DNA of 64,000 nucleotides from Iphione sp. A-MEVVRFRX5. Lineage: Eukaryota. This document shows positions 11,201-23,630 of this stretch, piece by piece. The notes under the pieces were generated by a model. The model made no database searches. It was not told the DNA's origin and worked only from the letters and a program-made list of their open reading frames with translations. The position numbers were made by a program, and so were the translations under genes. The stretch covers positions 58,962,001-59,026,000 of the forward strand of contig OZ320314.1 of NCBI GenBank assembly GCA_976226885.1. Reading direction: 5' to 3'. Positions within the stretch are counted from its first letter, which is position 1. Every line of letters starts with the position of its first letter.

Positions 11201-13109
11201 CACATCTGGTAGTTCCCAGGACAGCGCTAGTGCACTTTAACACTCTGACTGTTATTAGGTAGAACTATCTTCTAATTGTTAAAGAAGAGACCCCGCAAAC
11301 CCTTTTTGGGGTACTTCAAAACATCTTTAATGATGCTAATAGTAATCTTACTGTAACCTTAAAAACGATAATTTACAGTTCTTAACATCATACAGTGGAG
11401 ACTCAATTAAAATCTGTGTGAACGACGAAAATTGGCTGGTCCCAAGCTAGGTCTCCAATCTTGTCTTAACTGTATATAATGTTTTTAGGTTGTCTACAGA
11501 AAAACTGTCTGTGGAAGAATCAAATAATGTTTTAATACACAGATGTGTCAAGTGATAAGGTTACGTCTTATCACTAACCATCACACAACACGCCACTTTT
11601 GGTTCCTTCTACCACATTTAAAGGAATCTATGTGATGATCGCAACAACTGCTTTGATGTTGTGAATGAATCTATACCTTTTGCTTGCTTTCATTAAATTT
11701 CTACAGATTTAACAAGCCATCATCACTAGTTGGCTGGCTTAGTAAAAAGTTACAAACAATACAAAAATCTGTTTATATAAAAGAAGTAAATCTTTTATAC
11801 ACCAACTTCTTACATGGTTTTTGATTAAGACTATTTAGTAGTTTAGTTATATAATTACATTATGACAAGTAAGGAGGGGGTCCCATGTGCATTCATTGAC
11901 ACTATGCACATCCATACATACTTCACAGTATGGATATAAACATATTCTCGTGTGCATTTGTGGGCACAGTGTGAATATGGGTGTGGCAGTTAGTCGCTAT
12001 TTTGGACCCAGGTAACTTCGGACCAGGCATGGTGATTTTGGAACAGCTGATTGCTGACAACAATTGGAGAGGGTGTGGGACTGGAATAGAGCAGTGTGAG
12101 CCCCCAAATCTCCCGTGACAACACCCCGGTGATGTCTACACCAATCTACTCCACAGCAGGAGGTACAAACCCGCTGATTCATGGTATAAAGCCTCTGCTA
12201 CTATGCGGTGGGTTTACACTGTGAATCGGTAGGTCTACATTGTTTCAACGGCCAAAAATCTGTATGTAAAGAAAACCTTCTTAAATGTAGACTTTACATA
12301 TGATCAGGAATAAAGTGTCATTCATATGCCCGAGGCAGCAAAACTTTACACAGAACTTCACACTTTATACATAGGCCCCTGATGGCTGCAGGTGGTGCTG
12401 GCAGTTTTACATCACTGTCAATGAATGCCTGTCCGTACTAGACACTGCCAATAGCTGACAGTCATTAGCCGACATTTCCCACAAATTTGCACACATCCAT
12501 AGAAATGCATGTACTATATCATTACTCTATCATTAATAAAAAGTCAAACTCGAGCTTTAGACTGGCTAGACTTGTAAAAAAATGAATGTGTATCACCTTC
12601 CATACCTGCATGGCAATGTCATTCTATATAAGTACTATATCATTGTCAATTATCATAGATTAAAATCAGTTCTTTTAAGCGAATGGTTTGAGAGATATAA
12701 GACCCACAAGAGTATGATGGAAGGTCAGGACAGCAGCATTTCTAATGTCCCACCCCTTTATGAGGTGGGGGATAATAAATAGCAAAGTCATTTTTGCGCT
12801 AACATCCCTTGGTATGCAGTTAATAGCTGACAATGACAGTAGCCAACAGTCATTAGCCTACAATAACACTAACACCTCCCCACCAAGTTGAAGCTGCTGG
12901 CTGGGGGACAAGGGAGGGGTGTTAGCATGAAAATACGGTGCCGGATAGACAGGCAGGCTAGGGGACGAAAGGTTAGGTTAGGAGAGGGACAAGTTGATGA
13001 CATTATCCATTCCTTCTAAGTATAAGTCTGGAGCGGTGTACCTGTCTCGTAGATGATGCCAAAGAACTGACTGAAGGCCAGTGTCAGGATTTCTCCTTCT
13101 GTTTGTTGT

Positions 13110-13270
13110 GTAGCTGAAACCATATGCTTCACAAAATGCTGTTTATGTTAGAGTATGCCCTGAGGTGTCTACCACTTGACCAACATACCTGATACCCCGC
13201 AGTTGCCACCTGCTCCGTAGAAGGGAAAGATCCTTTGCTTGAACAAAGTCATTGGACCACAGTCCATCCA
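13110..13270 (-). mobile_element. Decayed L1/Tx1 LINE ORF2 C-terminal fragment
   Basis: GLWSNDFVQAKDLSLLRSRWQLRGIRYVGQVVDTSGHTLT*TAFCEAYG fits the Tx1 pattern LWxN..W..GI..(V/I)xD..DxxG..L..F..Y. Contains an in-frame stop. Confidence 0.55.
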
Positions 13271-13630
13271 ATCAGACTGTATCAATTTTGGTCAGGGATG
13301 TTAGGTCTGCACAGGGGTTCTGTTGCACTTGGTCCTGCGAAAATTTGTCTACTGACTGTTGGCATTGGCATTGTCAGCTACTGACGGGTATTCCGGGTCT
13401 GGATGTTTCGTCAACTAGATCTTTTGCACTGGACAGTTCGTCGATGGCTTTGAACAGTTTGTCAACTGCTGGTAGTGGTAGCAGTAGCAGTAGTGTAGCA
13501 GCTGCAGAGGTGCCTATGATGGCCGTCGGGGTTCAACTGCTGGTGGTAGCCCCTGCAGGATTTTATTTCTCTAAAATTTAGTAGCCCTACTGGGACAATA
13601 TATCAAGTACATGCTCTACAAGGTATGTAC

Positions 13631-13790
13631 CTAGGTTTTAAAGCACGGCGGCCATTATTTAAATAAAAGGACAGTGTACATGCTAAGACTGAATTCAGAA
13701 TTGACCGATCGCCGAATTACGTCATTACGACGTTAAATGACGTTGTTTACTTCTTCCGCGGGTAACTGGCGAGTAACAGGTGCGTAACTG
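13631..13790 (-). promoter_or_regulatory. Candidate DAXX promoter / non-coding first exon
   Basis: CpG-containing patch with an ETS-like cttccg and a possible donor TAG|gtacat at 13630. The position is inferred, not demonstrated. Confidence 0.3.
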
Positions 13791-14894
13791 GTGAAATTTT
13801 ACAGAGCCATAGAATCTGTACCAATGGTTCTAGAGAACCATACTATAGCTCATTTTCTTGCTTAGAGTATTAGCTTTAATTTCATATAAATTTTATTAAA
13901 ATCAGACATCTAGAACTGTGCGTTTTGGGGTTAGTAATACATCCCCTATGTAGATTATTTACAAGCAGCATGTCATAGCTGTTGTAGTCTGATATGTGAC
14001 TGTCGTAGTCTCTCTACCAGTTACAATGATTGTTGTGCTTCATTTTGCATTGTAATGACGTGAAAAGGCGACCGGTCAGTGGGGCTGCCTAACCGGCGAA
14101 GCCCTGCAGTCTCAAATACTGCAAATGAACGTCAACGCTAAGGCTTAACATGTTCCCATCGGACCCCCCGACGGCTGTCTATGGGCCTACATACAGCCGC
14201 CACCACCCCCAGTTGACAAATCATCTAAAAATCGTGCGAAACGTCCAGTGCCAACTGTCTAGTTGACAAAACGACTGGTAATCTGGTATTCCACCCCTCT
14301 CAAATCCCCTGGCCTCCCTGCCCTACCTGCTGGGGGGGGGGGGGCATTATAGGCTGCTGACTGTCGGCTACTGGCATTGTCAGCTAATGATTGCATACCC
14401 TGTCAACCTGTGGTCTGAATTCACCACTGTGGTCCGAGGTTACTGGTCTGAAACTGTTGCAGTCCAAAATCACCGGACACTGTTAATGTTATGGATATGT
14501 TGTTACCTACACAAGGTTATGACAAATGATTATAACTCTGATTCGAACAAAAGTGTATCCGCATATATATACTTGTTTCTGCTTACAATCAGTTCCTTAC
14601 TGATCTGAAGTATACATGAATTAGGATGATGTGCACATAGGACATGCCCATTAGCCTGGCCCATTAGTCACAGCAAACTTTGCTTGTCAATTTTGGACCT
14701 AGGCTATATGGTTAGATGGAGAAGTAACAAGCCTGCGAAGTGGCGTATGGAAGTCACACAATATATTCGATGATTTCCTTGTATACAAAAAGGTACACCA
14801 ACATTTTCAAAACTTTGTGAAACTCTTTCAGAATCGCACTTCACTATTTACAGGCTATACGCAAACATTTCCAACAGCACTTGCAACACAGTAC

Positions 14895-15125
14895 CTTATT
14901 TAACCGGAAACTGAACCCAAAGCTTGTTACGATGCGCGCGCATCACTTCGGTGTCCCAGTTCAAAATATTGAATAAAGTTTGGAAAAATAAAATAAATCG
15001 TTTCTAGTTAAATAATATTTAACATAATGTGTTGTGAATCTTATCATCGTCTTTAAGGAAAATTCAAATAGGAACGTTTGTGTATATGATACCCTCCCAT
15101 GATGCCCCACACGCCATTTTGAATA
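14895..15125 (+). promoter_or_regulatory. Candidate promoter of the F-BAR gene
   Basis: ETS-like ccggaa (~14904); 14-bp palindrome gatgcgcgcgcatc (14931-14944, NRF1-like); ZNF143-like tcccatgatgc (15095-15105); YY1-like gccatttt (15113-15120). All lie just upstream of the first coding exon. Confidence 0.45.
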
Positions 15126-15229
15126 AATAATCGCACTATCAAAGCAGTTCCTGTTTGCGAGTCGAGTGGATTCTCTACGATTTGGATATATATTTTTTTT
15201 ATTTCAGCGTTCATGGTTTACCATACGAC

Positions 15230-15253
15230 ATGAGTTGGGGAACGGAGTTGTGG
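15230..15253 (+). CDS. FNBP1L: FNBP1/FNBP1L/CIP4-family F-BAR protein, first coding exon (MSWGTELW)
   Basis: Identical to the family N-terminus MSWGTELW; donor |gtgagt. The symbol denotes the family orthologue. Confidence 0.93.
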
Positions 15254-16634
15254 GTGAGTGACCCTGGACATATTATAGAAGTATATGAGCTTTGGAAGTT
15301 TGTTCGTGTAAACAGAGATTCTAACTGTCAGTGCCTGTCTTACCATCGTCTAAAATTGGGTCAGTCGCAGGTTCGGGAGGGTCTACAGACGATCAGTTAG
15401 TGTATAGTATAATATAAGTTCATACCAAAGCACCATCCAGTCTTCTTTTTTGTGGCCACGATATGTTACATTTTCATTTTCACCAGGTTTCCTATGTCTG
15501 ACGCCCTTGCGATCAAGTATCTTGCAAGGGTGGCAGCAGTGCCATGATAAACATTGAGTTGACCGTAGTCTAGTCAGTTAAGACAGTTTGAAATGTTATT
15601 ACTAACTTTAAAGCAGAAGGACATGCTATAGCAAAACCCCCTTTATTCTCTGCGTTGGGGTAATCCGGACTCGGGGTTCTCTGTATGAAGCTAACCCTAA
15701 CCTCACCACTGATGATTTCCTCAAGGAACATATTTTATGTGGAATCCACTATAAACTGTACATAGTCTACCCTGGACATTGGCGAGGGTTCGTATTAGTG
15801 TAATGCTTGTCAAATTTGACTTATTAATCTACACCTAATCCTCAGTGGGTTTGTTTGAAAGAGCCCCTTGCAGATAGGTGTGCCACTGGCAGTTGGAGTA
15901 GTAATTCGCTGAAAAATGGGAATTCCATCCCTACCTGTATGTCTGATAAACCATAATGTTTGCGGCTTGGGGATTTCAGGGTAGTTGCCCTTGGATCCGG
16001 CTGCAATGACTTGGGAGTATGTGCAGGGGATTGTGAACTTGAAGTGTGGAAACTGACACAGAAAAACTGATCTCGGATTTTGTTTCAAATGAAAGAATAG
16101 TGGTGAAATTGCTGCCATGCATACATCAACATGTGAAGATCAATTTCAGTACTCATCAGTGGAATGAGTCATCACATCCAAATAATATCCTGCTGACCTG
16201 TGCACAAAACTTATTCATCGGAGGATTTGAATAGTCATTTGGCATGAATTAAATACGCCTTTAAACATGGAAGGTGGAAGTGAGTTTAACTTAGGTTGGC
16301 GGAAGTACATACACATTCACGAAAGTGCCCATGGATGAATGTTGCTCACAGGACTCAGACTGTGGACATGTACCTGGTTATTCATGTGCGTGTGCTTAGT
16401 TTAACCATACTTCTCGAGCAGAAAAAAACTGTTTAAGTGTATGAACCCTTTACCTGACGTTAGATATGACAGTTTCAATTGCTTTTGACATCACAGTGAC
16501 AGTTTTCAATTAAACCTATCTTGACAACTCCAACTTTCTACCACTCTAATTTTGTTATTTCTTACCAGTGTGCTTTGCACGATTTTTGATTTTTCATACT
16601 TTGACATTTATTTGAACCTTCTCTAATTTGTGAG

Positions 16635-16692
16635 AAATCCCATGAGGCAACAAACCTCCCATCATGCAACCAACTATCCAGAATGCACCGCG
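16635..16692 (+). promoter_or_regulatory. Three tandem ZNF143/Staf-like sites
   Basis: tcccatgaggcaa, tcccatcatgcaa and tccagaatgcaccgcg at ~19-20 bp spacing. Confidence 0.5.
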
Positions 16693-16813
16693 AAGGGCCA
16701 GATTTTCCGGAGTGATGCCTTTTTATATAAGTAGTGTAAACATAAACCTCGCAAAGTGTGCATGAATAATCTGTAATATGTTATTTACACATATACCAAA
16801 CCGTTTTCTCTTA

Positions 16814-17180
16814 GGCCCCCTTCCCCAAAATAGGTGTGTTTCTGGTAACCAGCTAAAAAAAACTAGGTAGGGAAGAGGGGTATCATTTTTTTGTATAGAT
16901 TTTTTCCAGTTTCTTCCTCTGGTTTTCAATGATAACAAAGACAACATCAAGAATTTTGCCCAATCTGTATGAGTTTTACATTTCTTTTGGTGAATTTCCA
17001 AGGATTTTGTTGTTTTTCTACTGAATTTACCAAAAACATGTGAAAACACATACCGGTATCTAAGGAAAGTCAACCTTGGAAACGTTTTGGGGCCAAACAA
17101 TTTTCAGGTAGGGTGAGCTTTTACTAGGTAGGGGTTGGTTACCAGAAACACAAAGGTCTATATATATATTTTTTTTGGCC
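16814..17180. mobile_element. PIF/Harbinger (Tourist-like) MITE
   Basis: TTA|GGCC...GGCC|TTA gives a 3-bp TTA TSD. Subterminal inverted gtgtttctggtaacc / ggttaccagaaacac. An empty-site paralogue lies at 17205-17263. Confidence 0.8.
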
Positions 17181-18342
17181 TTACCTTATACCCACTAAGT
17201 TTGAATGAATAATCTGTGATACGTTACCTACACATATGCCAAACCATTTTCTCTTACCTTGTATAGTTTATATGGATTGGTCTGAAAAAGAACATACTGT
17301 ATGAGTGTTTGGGAGGATTCCATGTGGCTAGTGTATTTGTTGAGGGAGTCTTTGGTGCACATGCTCTCTGTCCTATTTACCTTCTGCAAGGGCAAACATG
17401 TATCGTTGTAACGGGTGAGGCAAAAGGTCCATTACATGTCCATATTCCTACCTGAGAACAGTAGCTCATAAATAATGATGAATGATAATCGGTGTGTGTA
17501 AGAAACAAGACCAGCATTCCAATACTCGATTTCAGTTCGAGTCAGTAGTGCACAAAGAGTTCAGATGCGTCAATGTTCCGGCGATGTTCTAAGTGATGCT
17601 ACAATTGACACAGGTACTATCATGAGTTTCAGTTTTTAGTGCACTACTGGCAGTCACTTTACCCCCCAAAGGATTTGGGGCGGAATTTAGAATGACATCA
17701 GTCAGTATTTGACCTTATTTCCAGATTTGTTGGGTCGTGTTTACACTGAATCGAAACAATAGATTTAGTCCCCACGAATTTGTCGAGCATATAATTTCAA
17801 ATGATAGTTTAAAATGTTTCACTAGGATGTGCATGATTTACAGTATTTTGTCCGTTGACTCATTTTACATTAAGAAACGACTGACTTACTTGGTGGGCTG
17901 TAGAGCATTCGGCCTAGTGGTTTAGGTCATCAGGTGTGTCGCAATCACGCGAACGTAACATTCTTTATGTACAATGCAATACCTTTAAGTATAACATGAT
18001 TCCCAATAAGATAAATTTAAGCGGAAAAAAATGATTTATTTCATGCCTTCTGGCGCGGTTTAATGGAGGACAATTAGCAGGTACCATGCTAACCTCATCA
18101 GATCAAGCACAAATTCACCAACATACAACCGATGATCTGTTAGGGAATTCGCAACTCTCATGTTAACCTGGTGTGTCTGATAAGATGCTTTTAAAACCGT
18201 GAAGGCCGTTCCCTGCATTTATTCAATGCGCTTATACACGCAGTCATGTACACACTAATTGTTTATGAAGCAATGGTAGTTGTATCTATGATAGTAGATG
18301 TATCAAATACGCTAGGTAAGCTTTGCTGGGAAGGGAAGAATT

Positions 18343-18408
18343 AGTAGATTATATGAGCTTATCAGTGAAATATGATCTTGATCTTAGGACACAACGGCGC
18401 ACAGGTAT
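18343..18408 (-). mobile_element. Solo right-terminal fragment of a DIRS family A-like element
   Basis: agtagattatatgagcttatcagtgaaatatgatcttgatcttaggaca..gcacaggt matches 6395-6460. Confidence 0.75.
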
Positions 18409-18773
18409 CAGTTCTAGTCTAATTTACGCGATTTGGCTCTGTCTCGCCATTCATCAGGTTTCACGTTTTGTTTAGCGTTCACCTCATTTGTTGTCAGGGA
18501 GATTGTAAGAGTGAACATGGTTGTCTGTAATAGCCATCTCCTTTCTCTATCCAACTCCGCCAAACGATCGCTCCAATCAATTACAGTAGACTATTGACAA
18601 TGGAACGACCGCCAAGTATACAGTCGTCTTTTATAAGAACAACATGACCAAGGGTCCCTTTCTTTGTCCGTGCTTTTTTCAGGTAGAGAGCAGTTCCTGA
18701 TTACTTGAAAGAACCTGTTCCGATTCATATATATGCATTGCACTCATATGTGATTCTTGGTCTAATTTTGTAG

Positions 18774-18889
18774 GATCAGTTCGATAATATAGCTGACCAC
18801 ACACAGAAGGGGCTGGACTTCTGCGAGCGCTACCAACACTTCATCAAAGAACGCTGCGCCATCGAGCAGGACTATGTCAACAAGCTCAA
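18774..18889 (+). CDS. FNBP1L: F-BAR gene exon 2 (DQFDNIADHTQKGLDFCERYQHFIKERCAIEQDYVNKLK)
   Basis: ttttgtag| acceptor and |gtatgt donor; 116 nt, phase 0 to 2. Aligns to FBP17 [31 protein letters not shown]. Confidence 0.95.
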
Positions 18890-21832
18890 GTATGTACATA
18901 CATGTACTTCTGAAACTGGTTATATCTCCACCTCGACTCCCACCAACCCCTGACCTGCTCACAGCACGTGTTCGGCGGAAGCAAGCCCTTGCTGTGGGTA
19001 GCGTAGGTTTTCAGTTTTCATAAAAGCATATGTTGAAGGATGGTGTTTTAGGGGCTTTATGTTGAAAAATTACCCGATGTACTGTCAGGAAAGAAGCCCT
19101 CTTCAATGGATCTGCTGTCGGTATAGTTTCTATTTTAGGTTCTTTTAATTACAGTAGTTGTTTCCAGGTTACACTAGACACGCAGAAACTAGAGTCGTCT
19201 TTCTCTTCTTAGGTCAGGCTGGAGTTTTACCAGGGCCGGTTGATATAGCATACATGGACTGAGATATGAACCCAGGGTAATATTTTGACAACATGAGGGG
19301 ACAATTTGCCAGCACGAGGAAGCTGAGCCATGTTTAACATGATAGTTCCTTCTTCCATCATCTCTGTATGAGCTACTGTCATCCTGCAAATGCTGCTCCC
19401 TCTTTCTGTCTGTCTGTGTGTCTGTCTGTCAGTCTGTCCGTCTTTCCCCTCATTTCTCACATTTTGTTTGGATACATGTATTGAACATATATAGTGTGAA
19501 CCCATGAAACCTCATAGTACCTTGCATTTATGTGAAGAAGAGTCTTTTCCCATGCAATATACACAACGATGCCAAACTGGCCACTGATAAGGCGCTGTTA
19601 GTTTTAACTTAACTGTCAGATACATTTGGAAATGAGTCGATTTCCAGTCTCTGTAGTGTCAAATAAACAATGAGGCGACAGCATCTCCCCAGGCTCCTCT
19701 TTTGACTTCAGTGCCCTAAGGGTGAACCATAACCTCAGTGTTCTTCATGTTATGAAAACTGAAAGTCATCTATCACTCATTATATCACAGAAGGCCATAA
19801 AATGCCTAGTATAGGCACAACATATACGTTTTCATCTCTCTGTGTCATTTCTGTCTCTCTCATGTATTGCGCCCCTTTGGTACGGTTTGTGTGGTTTAAA
19901 ATGCCCAGTGAATTCTTTTAAGTTATCGAGCTCTGTTGCCCCCTCCTCCCTCCCGTTCGTCGTGTGTGTCTAGCCACGTGAATGTCTATTTGTTTGTGTT
20001 TCTATTTCTGTACACGTCGGCCAGTTTCTCATGCTAATTAATCACTCCTCAGCCTGCACACCGCATTGTCACTTAATGACCGAGTGCCAAACTGGTGACA
20101 AGGGACCCCGTGAACAGGCGAGTGCCCTACTTGTCATGGTCGCTACCTCAGTCCTATAACAATGGTCTACTACCTGGGTACACAAGTGTGTAACACTCAA
20201 CTCCATGTAGCCGGCTGCTGCTGGTGGAGCATGGGGGGGGGGGGGGGTTCTCGACTGCGAGGAAAAGACCGACCTCGTTTGGCAAAGAGTATGACTGGAG
20301 AGCCCAAGGAGAGCGTACATACGGATGTGCTCCACATTCTGGCGGCATCACATTAGGTCACCGCTAAGGGAGAGAGTTGGGGGGGGGGGGGTTGGACTTG
20401 CGGCAAGGGTGTGGTGTAGACGTTGGCTAGATCCTGCTGTATACTGTCTCTAGCCAGGAAGCATGTAGGTTCCTCGCTGTTCGTATTGAACCAGATATTT
20501 TTTTTTTCGCTTTGGCGCTTTCGAGCTACACACGTGTCAGTAAAGACGGCCGCATATGAAGGCGCACACACATACACATATATATATATATATATATATA
20601 TACACTCTTACTGCTCTGTTCGTCTCTCTCCCCTCTCCCTTTCACATCCGGACGGGCACAATATTCACATGTTAGTGCTAATGTGTCATCCCTATGAACA
20701 CATATAAAACCCCGCCGCACCCAGTTGGATGTATTTACAAGATGAAGCCAATAAAGCCATACCGCGCATTCAAATACGTATACGTCCTCGTGATTACATT
20801 GAACACTTGGGCGCAAACGTAGCCATTATGGTACAATTCCCCCTTAACTCAGTATGACCCTGAATACAATAAACGGGTGCATATGTTCTTAGAGTAAGAT
20901 CAGCTGCACGGATTTCCAACTCATCTCTCCTCTTACCGACGGACTGAAAGTCCTCTAACTTTGGGGCGTGCATTATCAGTGCTGCCGCTTTTCCGGATGT
21001 GCCCATCAAAGGGAGGTCTTAGTCACCGAACTGTGGTCTGTGAGGTCTGTCGAAACCTCTACAAAATCTACTCTGTAGGCTTTTTTTATTTGTAAACGTC
21101 ATATCCGGCTATGCATTTCATGGATACTTTGGCGATTTAATCTGCCATCTGTATAGAAAAAAATGTTCATGTCTACACCTAGAGCATTGCTTATGTAAGG
21201 AGAAACATACAGCTACATACATGTAGTTGAAACTGCGTATACCTGACAAGAAGTTATGACTAAGTGTGTCTAATACATGTTAAACTATCATAACGACGTA
21301 CAAGTGTTAAGTGATTTTACTTCGTTGAGGGAAACTTCTTTATCAGAGACGCATAATTTGGACTTGATCATTGAGATGCATGTTATTAATTAATAATTGA
21401 ACCTACTCATAGTTTATGTCTGAATGTTAATTTGTTTTCTCCTTTGTCGGTTAGCAACTGCCAAAAATGTTTGGTAGAAAGTGGTCTCAGGTCACACAAC
21501 TAGTACATGAAGCAGCGTTGTTAGAAGAGATTTTGTTCTCAGAGGATTCGTTAACAGAGTTATATCTGTAAATCCGTAATGTTCAGTGTACTGTATACTT
21601 CGGGCTTTCGTTCATCCTGATGAAGCATCGATGTTTTAGAGGTGGATAGGTAGTCTGTAGCTCGTTTATTCAGGTGCCTAGTTTTCAGTCGGCAGAATGC
21701 TCCTCTAAAAGAATATTTCCTATTTATAGATAATTTTAATGTGGATTTATTTAGAGATTACATAACGCATTTATTTACATCCATGATCTCAGTCTCAAGG
21801 AGTGCCTTAACAGATGAAAATGCACACTAGTT

Positions 21833-21834
<2 letters not shown>

Positions 21835-21913
<79 letters not shown>

Positions 21914-21967
21914 CTCCCTCTATCACTCTCTCCTCTTCCTTCACTAAAGTCTATCCTATTCTATCAT

Positions 21968-22026
<59 letters not shown>
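21835..22026. repeat. Two (CT)n microsatellites (21835-21911, 21971-22026)
   Basis: Read directly. A 31-bp direct repeat (gatgaaaatgcacactagttaactctctctc) occurs at 21813 and 22031. Confidence 0.97.
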
Positions 22027-23549
22027 TTCCGATGAAAATGCACACTAGTTAACTCTCTCTCTTTCCCGTCTTTTGCCCTCCTTTCCTATCCCTGTTTTTT
22101 TTTCGCCTGCCTTTCCGTTGTCTCTCCCTCCCTTCATGTTCCTTCTAACTACCCCCACCGTTTTCTCACGCACCATGTCTCTCCAGCTTCCTGCCCCTGT
22201 GATCGTCCCGATGTTCTTTTCAACACATCTCTAATAAATAGCGTGGCATACATGTGTGCAACGTGTCCATCCATACTTGACTTGACCATCGACACCTCCA
22301 ACCTGGCGCCCCGACCCTTTGTTGACGTCATTGATCAGGGGGGTGTCAGGTTGTATTGCATCTGTATGGTTCTCCTGTCTGTTTACACCTGGCGCCTCAT
22401 GGTCAGCCAGCCAGGGCGGCTCACATTCCACTGACTACTTACCTACCCGCAGCCACAGGGGGACCACACAGGTCCCACGCCCGCGTTTCTCATACTGAGC
22501 CTATACCGCCTTACACACAGACACAAGCCCACTCCACCTCATTGTGAACACTTACCCATACCCCACGCCCTATCACGAGTACCGGTGGCACATATATATA
22601 CACCCCCCAACACACAGACACACAGACACACACATACGATCTCTCTATCTCTGTCTCCATCTGTCCTTCTATCGCTCAGTCTCTATTTACATACAAACAC
22701 TCAAGCAAAGTCGCATACTCCAGTGCCTTTGGAAAGTTGGACTCTAAAAATAGACTCCGAATAAATACTAAGTAGACACCTCTTGTAAGGCATAAGTCGA
22801 CTTAAATTTGATCAACGCCTATTTTCTGTTTTATGTCTTCTCCAAATGTAATAATTCACACCCCTCTACCCTTGGAGAAGCTTTCGTTCCGTGCACATAC
22901 ATGTATAAATGTGTCTTTAGTATGTGTGGAGTTGGGCTCTTTGCTTTGTATTTTTTTTGTCAGGTCCGACATTGCATTTCTTCCAACTGGCTTGAATGCA
23001 TCTTCACGCTGCTATTTTACTTGCTCCTTTTTAGGTGTTCTTCCTGCTCCTGTTTTTTTGTCGTTGTTGTTGTTGTGGTTATTGCTGTTCTTCTGCCTTC
23101 CTCGTACTATAGTTTTGCTACAACTTTCTTTTTACCACCGCCGGCGCTTAAATAACATGATTTCAGCAACTTTCACCAAGACCCGTGTGGAGGGTATTTT
23201 CGACTGTATTGAAGGGGCAACGGCCAGGCAGGGGTTTCACGTCAAGAAATCATTTATTCTTGGTGTCTGTCATCTTTCTGTTTTTGGACCCGTAGCTTCG
23301 TCACTTCGGTTCCCTCCTCATATCCTACAGTACCAAGTCTTCGTTCTTCATTTCTTTTTTTCCCAGACTCTTTCTCAGACGGTGATTCTCGGTCCCCCTT
23401 GTCCACATGTCTCTTCTCTCCCCTCTGTGGCCTCTCTCCTTTTCTCTAGCGCCTACTGACCCTGTTGTCCTCCTCTCCGTTCAGCTCTCTTTGTATTCTG
23501 CCTCACTCCCGCCTCTCCTTTCCCCTCGGGTCATTTTATCCTCGCTTTT

Positions 23550-23550
<1 letters not shown>

Positions 23551-23627
<77 letters not shown>
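23551..23627. repeat. (CT)n microsatellite
   Basis: Read directly. Confidence 0.97.

Positions 23628-23630
<3 letters not shown>

Noticed and set aside
22833-23459. 208-aa hydrophobic ORF
   Set aside because: Low-complexity T/C-rich sequence next to a (CT)n tract, with no recognisable domain or splice structure.
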